DNA of 64,000 nt from Epiperipatus broadwayi. Lineage: Eukaryota > Animalia > Onychophora. The position numbers were made by a program, and so were the translations under genes. Of the stretch, positions 53,727 to 64,000 are shown in pieces. The DNA is taken from positions 3,224,001 to 3,288,000 of the forward strand of contig JAQFVV010000010.1 of the NCBI GenBank assembly GCA_028023455.1, written 5' to 3'. The notes beneath the pieces are model-generated. The model worked only from the letters and a program-made list of their open reading frames with translations, searched no databases and was not told where the DNA came from. How positions within the stretch are numbered: the first letter of the stretch is position 1; the number at the start of each line of letters is the position of its first letter.

Positions 53727-54130
53727 GCCAATAAACATCACAAGATCACCATTTCTTATGCTTGCTTATAACTGTTGTTAAAACAGGCAAAACTCACTAT
53801 ACGTATTGCCACACACAGCAAGCTAGAGTAATCAATGGATACCAGAAGGCTTGTGCATAAAATCTCCATCTAGTGCCTACTCATCCAATATCCCCAGACT
53901 AGTTTCTGGCTTGTGGCCTTCGTCAATGAAGAGCCTTAGATCCTAAGATCTAGCTGCAGTGCTTTCACATCCAAGGCTTGTCACTGACGAAGATCACAAG
54001 CCAGAAACTAGTCTGGGGATATTGGATGAGTAAGCACTAGATGGAGATTAAATGCACAAGCCTTCTGGCATCCATTGATTACTCTAGCTTGCTATGTGTG
54101 GCAATAAATATAGTGAGTTTTGCCTGTATG
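53727..54130. mobile_element. Palindromic copy of family HH-A, 12-bp TSD
   Basis: Arms 53783-53935 / 53975-54127; aaatagttttct at 53715-53726 and 54131-54142; hammerhead motifs at 53891-53932 (minus) and 53978-54019 (plus). Confidence 0.9.
53978..54019 (+). ncRNA. Type-I minimal hammerhead ribozyme motif, catalytic boxes intact
   Basis: ttgtca-CTGACGA-AGATcacaaGCCA-GAAACTAGTC-tgggga; stems I and II weakened by substitutions. Confidence 0.7.
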
Positions 54131-56974
54131 AAATAGTTTTCTAATGACTTTTTATAGAGATAATTGTGTAAATAACTGCTTTATTTCTAATGATAGATTG
54201 TTATCTTTTTCGTTTCTGTGATACTAAAAATTATCAAAATACAATCAGCCTTTATCACTTCCATTTATGTTTTTGATTTCAGAACAGAAATCATAACATA
54301 CTGATATAAAACTATCAAAAATATATTTTCATCTCTTGTAATTAAAATGATTGTTGTCTACTTTTATTTTCATTATGTCTTTATTTTGTCTATTCATATT
54401 TTGTTTATTTTTAATAGTTTTTAATGTGACAGTGTATTAGTACATCAGTCTTTCTATACTAACTGTTATTAAATTTTAATATATATTTTTAAAATATATA
54501 TTTTGTAAGTGTTGTTTGCTGTAAAAAATAAACTAATACATTTAATTATTTACTTTTTTAGAATGTAGTAATATTTTTAAATTGTAATGGTTTAATTATG
54601 AACTTATATTTAGATCTTGATTTTATATAATAAAAGTAAAAATACAATCAAAGTTGATATTTTCTAAAACATATAACATTAAAAAAAATATTACGCTTAA
54701 AAATTTAAATAAAAAAATATATTTATTTTCAAACACTGTTATAATTTATAACCTATTTTAAATTTCAGTCTACTGACAAATGATATTTATGAGAAAAAAA
54801 TCAATGAAGAAAATAATCCTTAAACAGTTAAATGTTACGTATTTATTAGTCAGAAAAAAATTACAAAATAATACATATTTTCTTATTAGTACAGTAATTT
54901 CAAATTGGACTTTTTTTAAAAAGAAGAAATGATCCCTCACCCTCCCCAATTTATCATTGGAATATCAACTGAGGGTCAATTCAGCAGCAGTAAAAGATCA
55001 AGTTCTCTATTGGAATTATTTTAGGAAGGAAAAAATTATATTAATAATAAAAAATCTACTGCTTCTAATATGTAAACAGTTATAAGTTTCACTTTTGTGT
55101 GTGTGTGATATACCAAAGATTTTCTTTCACTTTATCATTGTTTAAATTTTTAACAAATGTAGATTTTCAGTATTCATTTAGCATTTTTTTTTTTTTTCTG
55201 TCGTAAAACATTTGAATTAATTATATTTGAGAAATGAGATTCCCTACTGCTTGAAAAAAAATAATTTCTTTATATTGAAATTATTAATAAGATACTAATT
55301 TTATTATTACTGTAAAATAAATTACATTTGATAAACTTATTACCATAATTCAAGTTGGTATGGATTACTTTTTTGTGTTTTTATTTTGCCATTTTATTTA
55401 TTTATTTGACAAATAAATAAATATATTTAATTTCTTATGAATTATTTGCTTCATTGATGTTTACTCTAAAGCATCATTCAGAAGTTGAAAGTGAAATTTA
55501 AGATAGATCACAAGCTATAACCTTATCTATTTTTAATATATCCTATATTCTTGTTTATATAGCTGTTTTTTCCCCCTCTTATTTTTAGTTTGAAATGTAA
55601 TTAATATATATAAACTTATTCACAGATCAATGAAGTTTGATTATTTTATAATTCACAATTCAGATTTTAAAAAGTCATTTTAACAAACTTGAAAACAAAA
55701 CCTAATCTCTCATATTAATGTTAATTTATTGGTCACATAAAAAGTAATCACTTTTATCTGATGAATGGATTACATTAATATAAGATAATGGGTATTGTTT
55801 ACAAATTTGTTAAAATGATTTTTTAGGAATCTGATTAATGAATTATAGGTTCATGAATAAACTTAATGTATGTGTGTGTGTGTTAATATCAAATACCATT
55901 TTATCATCATCAATGAAAGTTCCCCCCCCCACTTTTGCAATATATACTGCTCAGTTATTCTATAGTAACATCTTTGCATATAATACTCTTATTTGTTTAT
56001 GTAGCCATTGTGAACTTCTTTTATAAGAACAGCATATTTTTAATAATAAGTTTGAATAGTTACAACTATCTTCTTGATAGTTATCTTGGAAATGGGTGTG
56101 TGAAAGAGCCTTGCTATGCAATGCAATTACATATGGTTTATGCATATTTCAAATACTTTCTTAAAATTTAATTATGTGGACAATTTTATATAGCATTGAA
56201 TACAATTCTCTATGGCAGGTTTGCTACTTGTAATTATTGAAGAAGTATGCTAAGAATATATAATGCAATATTTTTCTTTTTCCTGAAAAGTAATAGAACA
56301 AATCACATTATTTTATCCATTCTTCTGACTTTATACTCCTGTCATCAGATAGTTTTTTCATCACTATGGTTTTAATTTGTTTTTTCTTCACTTGAGTGAC
56401 TTGTTACAACAGAAACCTTTTCAGCTTGGATAAATACCATGGTTATTGTTATATAGCAACTCTATTTCAATTTTCTTCTCTCACTTTCTTTTGTTTGACT
56501 CAGTAAAGAATGACCTAATGAGTTAACTGTGTACTAATTATGAAGGTACATATTACAAAATTTCCTCTTATTTTTTGCAATCTGGTTATGTATCAGTAAT
56601 TTCTTTGTTTGTTCAAAATATAATTGCCTTTGTAATCAGCTGAAGAAACTAAAAACGCATTAACACAACTTATTTAAATTTGATCATAATTTATAGTTAT
56701 CCTTTTAACATCTATTATTTATCAGAATCTATTATAGTTTCAGTTTCTCATTTTTGAGTCAAAGCACAAATTCATTGTGTTTAATGCAATTTTTTTTTAT
56801 TTTGCTGTTTTTATTTTTCAGCATTGATTACATCATTTTCAGAATTACAAATTGTTTTAATTTAGAAATGAATGAATTCGAAAACTATTGCAGTCTATTT
56901 CCACTAACATAACAATTCTTAAATGAATCATATAACAAATCTCTTTTTTAATTATTTTCTCTGCACTTGGAAAA

Positions 56975-57205
56975 TATGTATCTAATAAATAATAAGTTTA
57001 TGAGATTGAAATTCGCAATAAGAAATAGTTGGAAATAAGATTAATTAAAATGCTTTAATTAAATTATTTTGTGTTTAAAAAATCTGCAACCAAATACATA
57101 ATTGATATGTATCTAATAAATAATCAGTTATAAGATTTAAATTTGTAGTGAAAAATAGTTGAAGAATAGATTAATAAAATGCTTTAATTAAATTGCTTTG
57201 TGTAA
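56975..57205. repeat. Tandem duplication, period ~131 bp
   Basis: tatgtatctaataaataat...aaaatgctttaattaaatt..tttgtgt occurs twice. Confidence 0.8.
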
Positions 57206-57734
57206 AGAATAAATTGCTATCTAAAGGATAAAAATTTCAGATAATGAAAGAAATTTAATTACTACAAATAATAAATACTAATTAAATTTACAAAATACAA
57301 ATATGAATTGATAAGACACCATCCACTTCAAACCATGCTATTGGCTAGTTTACTCCAGATCAACAAAAGATCCGAAAAATATAAAAAAAATTATCAGAAG
57401 AAAAAAACGTGCTTTTCTCCTTTGTCTACAAAACCTATTTGGATGCAACCATGAAACGGCAGAAGAAAACCATTGGGGGATGTCTAATTCCCAGGACTTT
57501 AGCTCCTGAAAGTCAACAAGCTGATTAGGAACTTGAGCAGATTGCCCCGATCTTATTGTTATTATTTAAAATGCCTTAAGGGCCACTAAATAGAAGAGAC
57601 AGTGAAGGTAGTGTAAGGTAAATTACTGCAATAAATATTTAGTAAATAGACTTAGTAATTGAAATTATTAGTCCTAACTTAACTATTGTGCACAACCTTA
57701 ATTAGAATAGCTTGTATCTATTTAGAACAGTGTG

Positions 57735-58045
57735 TATTCAAGGAGGGAGACCAAAAATAACCGGAATCATTTTCTGGTAACCATGCCTATTGTAGTACAT
57801 GCTTCTGTTTTTAAATATCTTGTGAGGACCTGTCATTGTGTGCAATCGTGGTCACACATACTACATTTTTTTTATAAAATGTGTTTAAAGTATTTGTCAA
57901 TTTTTGTAATGGCCAAAAAATTGTAACAACATGAAATTCTATTTTCTTTTAGGGAAAATGGCAGAAAAAACAGTTGTAATGCTTGAAAGAGCTTACAACC
58001 AAGTTGCTCTGGAAAAACACAAGTTTATGTGTAGTCTAACATCTA
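57735..58045 (+). mobile_element. 5' fragment of a mariner transposon
   Basis: ATG at 57909; NMKFYFLLGKMAEKTVVMLERAYNQVALEK then frameshift to TQVY, matching the mariner N-terminal HTH pattern (KFCFxLGKxAxETxxML..AY....xTQVYEW); TIR-like ccaaaaataaccggaat upstream. Confidence 0.7.
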
Positions 58046-59516
58046 TTTCTATTTATAATTAAAAAAATAAAGGTTGTTGGTAATCATGAGTTAGATTCAG
58101 AGTTTATAAATTGTGCTGTGTCTCCAGCTCTGGCTGAGCGACCAGAAAACATAAATATACACATTAAGTAAACAGACCAACAATTTAAAACATAGCACAT
58201 TTTTATTAATACTAAACAATTTAACAAAACATGATAATAATTATGAAATTAACATGAATAAATAAACCCTGCCTTCACCAGTATAAGAATAATTTCTTGT
58301 ATCAAAATGGATTTTGATTCAGATCCAAAAGTCTATAGTTATATACTAAATACCTTTCCCTGACCTTGAGCTCATACCCTCGAAGAGCCTCTTAGGGCGT
58401 TTATAAAATATATAAGATCGGTGCAATCTGTTTCAGTTCTAAACATCTGGATTACCTCCAGGTGCCAAGATCCTGGGATCATAGTTCACCGATGATAGCC
58501 TTTGCTGTGGTGACAATGTACTGGGAAACAAACAGTCTGCCCAGCAGCAACATGGAAAATACACTGCTGAGATGTACAAACACAACCACAGCAAAGACCA
58601 CACAAGGGAAAAGAGAGCGTGTGAGTTTTCTGCATGCTCTTATATTCCACTCATTCATAATCATGTGTGCATCTCCTGTTTTATGGAGTATTGTTTTTTA
58701 TGTGTATTTTTTGGGTGTGAAATCCAGATTTAATTTGATCCATTACTTCTATTCGATTAATCTATTTTAGTACAAAACATCTCCTTTTATTTAATTTTAT
58801 TAAAATGCAATAGTAACTCTAATCCGTTATCAGTTTCCAATATTACAATTTAACTATATATATATCTTACTCTATTTTTTATTCACTAAATAAAATTTAC
58901 TCTATATATATATAACAAATTGGATTTAGATTTTACAATTATCATTAGGTTTCTGTATATTATATGCACACAAACACACATAGTTATAATGTCTGTGTTC
59001 AAAAATAAAAGGTAGTGTTTATTTTTTATTTAATTTTAAAAGATATTTATGTAAGTTAAATAAATTTGTTTAAAAGTTATGTTATAGACAGGAAATCAAA
59101 TAATTTTCTTTAATGAAGAAAGGAAATTATTTTTAAACAAAGTTGAATTAATTTTAACTAAAAAGATCAGATTAATTAAGAAAATTTTCATATAAAATAG
59201 TTTATCACAATATTATAATAAATCCTTTTGTTTGGTGTTTTGCAAATAATTTCAAATTTTAATTAAAAATATTTTTAGACATTAAGATAAACTAATACTG
59301 CTCATTGTTTTTTATCTAAGGAATTTTGTATAAATGTAGGTTTACTTAAAAATAATTAGTGTCTTGTCTTGATAAGAAAATTTGTAACTGTATACATAAT
59401 TCAAAAATAAATGTCTTCGCTGTTTCTGCTCAATATTCACTGAGACCATCATTATTACTGTGTATTTTGAGAAAGTAGTCTTATTATATAATATATAAAA
59501 TAATGATGCTATAGTT

Positions 59517-60190
59517 TGTTAATAATTTCTTAATGAATTATACCACTTATCATTAGTAATAAAAAGATATGATATGTTGGACTATTTTCATTATTTATGA
59601 GTGAATGTTGAATGTATAGAAAATTGTAAACTTTATTTAAACTTTCCAAATACAAACAACTTGTTAGTAATAACACACAATTAGATAATACAGGTTAGTA
59701 ATTACCCAATGTTTCAAATAGTATTATTCTCCACTCTTCTTCGGATGTTGCTGGCCTATATATACAGTGACAATATTCACTTAGAAATTGAAATCCACAT
59801 CTTTAGATTTTTGAATATCTAATTCAAGGCAAATGCTCTTCCAACTGAGCCTTTGACAGAATAGCTCAGTTGGTAGACCTTAAATTTGATATTCAAGAAT
59901 CTAAAGGTGCAGGTTTCAACTTCTAAGCGAATATTGTCACTGTGCATATAGGCCAGAAACACCTAAAGAAGAGTGGAGAATAATACTACTCAAAACATTG
60001 TGTAATTACTAACCTGTATTGTCTAATTGTGTGTTATTACTAACAAGTTGTTTGTATTTGGAAAGTTTAAATAAAGTTTAAAATTTTCTATACATTCAAC
60101 ATTCACTCATAAATGATGGAAATAGTCCAACATATCACATCTTATTATTACTAATGATAAGTGGTATAATTCATTAAGAAATTATTAACA
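59517..60190. mobile_element. Head-to-head palindrome of family HH-B with 13-nt spacer
   Basis: Arms 59517-59850 and 59864-60190; two divergent gctcagttgg A-boxes; hammerhead-like motifs at 59705-59750 (minus, retains GAAAC) and 59958-60003 (plus); no TSD found. Confidence 0.85.
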
Positions 60191-63100
60191 TACTCTTATT
60201 GTATTATTCTTAATATTAAATACATCACTATAGGATTTCTTAATATATTACTTTCCTGAACCATTAACATTGTATAAATCATTAAAAACATTGTAAATAA
60301 ATATATATCTTTCTTAAAATAATATTCAAACTTCTTAACATTTCATACCTTGGACACCAAGAAGATTAAAATAAAAACAAACAAATAATTTATAATACAC
60401 AATTTATCATAAGTATTATAATGGTCGACGTAACCTTACCAACTTAATCTGCCATACCAGCACACCACCAGGCCATTTGAACCTGGAAAATTTATATAGT
60501 AGGCAGATATGAATGGGAGAGGTTACTCTTTTATCGAACTGAAAGCACCAGTTATTAGCTCAGGGAGAAGCTGAACTTAAAGTATCATACTGAATGTTCA
60601 AATTTCTGATTCTTAATTTTAAATAGTAATAAAATATATAAAATAAGTTACTGCCAAAATTAATTCAACAAAACATTTTATTATAATGCACACTCACATT
60701 AAAAGAAAATTCTGAAAATTAAATTAACTAGCGAATATATTTAACTTAAATTATATGCACAGATGGAAGCATTTAATAGATTTAAACACAATTTTAATAA
60801 GCGTGAATATGCTACATAGATTACACATATAACCAACCCAATCCCTTTTAATCCTAGGCTAAAATCTTGCATTTAAACCAATGCTAGCTTACTGATATAC
60901 CAATGTGACCAATGCAAAATGAGATTATTAGCATAACACAATCATGCTAACAGGAATTTTCATCTGTAGCATGATATCATTTGAGAAATAAAGAATCATG
61001 GTGGGAAGGAATGAGCATCTTCCCCATGATACAAGAACAAAAATATTTGAAATATATATGTAGGAGTTGCTCTGAAAAATGAAGATAGTGGTCTTTGCCA
61101 GCTTACTGTCCCAGTCAGAGCATAAGAAAATCAATAATAGCATAGGAAACATGTCTACGACCATTAACAATGTGATGACTACTCTTTTGGGTCATACGTT
61201 CAGGTGGATATTATGCCCTGTATGCTAACGCAGTACAAGGGACGAATATCCAATGCACCTACTCAAATTACATTGACATAAAACATCCGTACATCCATCC
61301 ACCAGCATCGATCCAACTAAGAAACAATTAGCCCAAAAATTAACACCTTTAAACTAAACAATCTTACGAATCTATGAAGCCATTTACGCCTTTTTTTTTT
61401 TTAATTATTAATTTAAATAAAATTTATGAGAATGGAAATGATATCAAACACATATATAAAATATAATAAATAATTTAAAATTTTAAGTGACATTTAAAAT
61501 ATTTGAAAAGTTTGTATTATCTAATTAATGTTCATACTTCATTTAAAAGAAAAGTGTATACTTTCCAATGCTGTAGGTAAAGTTCATTTTTGTAGTACTT
61601 GATGCATAGTAGAATTCAAAGTTCTTTTCATTTTATATTGTTCTATGTGGAGAGACAGTCCATTGCTGGCCAGTTTCTCAGGAACCATCATGCTCTGGAG
61701 ATCGCTTCAGCTGCTAACCCCTACATTTTGGAGATCCGCAATACACTTACAAATATGTTTAATAAAACACAATCAGCAAGAACAATCCAAAAATCCTCAA
61801 TCCAACTTCAAAGTTTTCTTTTTATATCTTTCTGAAATCTTATCAGCAAATTCCGGATCAATCTTACATGGCTTGACTTTTCTCTGTGGACAGTGTGTTT
61901 ATTTTCATCCATATTGGTCAGCTTTTTTTAGAGCTGGAACTCAAAATTTTATCATGAGTACTTTTTTAATTTATCTCCTATCTGACTTTATGCCCAAGGG
62001 CCTGTTTGCAATTACGTCAATATAGAAAATCATTTCCATTCTAAGATTAAAAATAAGTAATTAACAACCTTTTTTGGATTTTAACTTTAAAAAATTATAT
62101 AATTTGTTTGCCATCTGTGTATTCTGCATATTAATTCAAATAAAATTATTAAATTTTTTTTATACATATATTTCTACTTGAGGGTGATTTTATAATTTTT
62201 TTTCCCTTTCATTTAAAAGAAATGTAACGGCATATACTTATTCCGTTACAGTATACTAAATTAGTTATTTTTAACTTATTCAGAGATCAATTATACATAT
62301 ATTTGATAATCATATACAGATTATAATAACTAGTTCACCCTCTGTAATTTACCTTTACATGAATATAAACATAATAAATATTATACATATTTATTTTATC
62401 TGAATTTTGATTTGAATAATCCACTACCAATATCTTATATTAAATAATAGTAAATTAAAGTTACCTTAATCATAATATACTTAGGATTGTTATTAATGAC
62501 CCACTGGTTGATACAACTTCTTGACATTATAGAATCATAATAAACAAAACCAATAAAAAATTTAATTTTTTTTCTTTTTTTTATACCACAAAATTCTAAT
62601 ATATTTAAGTTTTAAAAATAATAAGATATTAATAAATAATTATAAATAACTAATATTAACTTAAAGACTACATTATATATTACAATAATAAAACAAAGTT
62701 TTCTTCCATTCTTTGAAATGAATATTTTCAAAGGGAAGCATTAGTTGTATATCATTGACAAAAATTCCTTCATGTTAATAAATAGTTATTTAAATGTTTA
62801 ATAACAACATTTATTAAATTTGAAAAGTTTCTTTTCATTCATTCAACTTTTAAAACATTTATTGTAGAATTATAGTTAGAAATTTTCTAAATCCTTCTCA
62901 TTTAACACATTAATAATTCAATATTTGCTAGCAGATCATATAAAGTTTAAAAAATTTTAAAATTATTCATGTTTAACATGTTATCAACTTTAATAATACT
63001 TGCTATTAAAATTATAAAGCTCTAGAGTTCATTTCCTGGATAATCCATATTTATCATGTTAAAACAGTTATTAATTATTATTTAAATGGAATGACAGTAG

Positions 63101-63744
63101 ATATATTTTTACTAAAAATTAGTCAACACTATTTTTCCTTTTAAAATATTATCACTCAGCTAAAATCACTATAAATTTAAAACAGGAAATGTTAATAGCT
63201 TTTCTGAATAAAAGCCATTATTTTATCACTGCTAATTATTAAAGTTAATAGAAAATGTTCTCTGTGATTCAGCATATGAAAATGAATAAATATAAATTCC
63301 TTACTTATCCTACACATAGTTCTGTAGGCAAAATGGTTTGATATTCTACAAAGTTTTTTAACTAAATACATTTTTATCTTCTGAAATAGATTATTTTTTT
63401 CCATTACCATAGATTTCTAGTTGGCTCCTGTAATATACTAATGAGGATAACTTACTTTTCTATTCCATAGTCAAATTAGTACATAAACTTTTTAAGATAC
63501 TTCCCATAGTTTTACAAGTTATTATTACTATTTTTCAAAGTCAAAATAATAAAATTTATAATAAATTTAGACTTAGATTTTCAATCAAAAGGAATACAGT
63601 TATATTCCTCAGAAAATTTAATTTCACTCCACTCCCACTTCATATCTGATCACCTATATTTATAGGGAAAAAATACCAATATCTGATTGGTTAATTAAAT
63701 CAGACACTTGCTAAAATTTACGTATTAATTATTTTTGTCTAGAT

Positions 63745-64000
63745 CAGGGGTCCCCAACCATATACCCGTGGGCACCATGGTGCCCGCAGACTACTTTACG
63801 TGTGCCCACCGCTATCCAAACACGATGAAAAATTATTTATCTGATACAAATAAATTTAATTTTTAAAATTTCTTATAAATTATTGTATTATATTGTAATC
63901 AAATTGTAGGGCATACTATACTTTTATAGTGTAAATATAAACGTTAATTATATGTTAAAATTTTATTTTTGAAATAAATATTTTTTGTACATTATGTGTA
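63745..64000. mobile_element. Left end of a hAT (Buster/Charlie-type) element or MITE, continuing beyond the window
   Basis: caggggtccccaacc terminus preceded by the 8-mer gtctagat (nnnTAnnn target type); subterminal palindrome gggcaccatggtgccc. Confidence 0.7.

Noticed and set aside
23940-54019. Idea that sense-strand ribozymes were selectively inactivated to protect NDUFAF5
   Set aside because: Antisense copies are also mutated in the core (23940 G8>A; 53891 C3>U), so no strand asymmetry is visible in this small sample.
61156-61170. gtctacgaccat resembling the 5S rRNA 5' end
   Set aside because: The match is only ~12 nt and does not continue.
61599-62025. 126-aa and 78-aa overlapping ORFs
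   Set aside because: No recognisable domain on either strand; probably a decayed repeat that I cannot classify.
47220-64000. Next NDUFAF5 exon (expected D.DE...YP.MFELM-like)
   Set aside because: No AG-preceded segment with this pattern found by eye; presumed downstream of the window, though a miss is possible.

Overview
Very AT-rich, CpG-depleted eukaryotic (animal-like) genomic DNA. It carries six internal coding exons of one + strand gene, NDUFAF5 (complex I assembly factor, SAM-fold arginine hydroxylase). The first and last exons lie outside the window, and one intron is a GC-AG intron. The introns are packed with decayed mobile DNA: two Gypsy-type LTR elements, a solo LTR, a gag-bearing remnant, hAT, mariner and RTE-like fragments, and tRNA-derived repeats. 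The most striking signal is a set of short non-coding elements from at least four unrelated sequence families, nearly all inserted as head-to-head palindromes. Four of them are flanked by 12-14 bp target-site duplications. Two are more-than-unit-length concatemers of a 334-nt or ~450-nt monomer. Three families carry a minimal type-I hammerhead ribozyme motif of the Penelope-like/retrozyme kind, and one of these is coupled to a tRNA-like module. Together this looks like a ribozyme/circular-RNA-based retro-system with an unusual inverted-dimer integration mode. All alignments were done by eye and no database search was run. None of the short ORFs in the supplied track appears to be a host gene.
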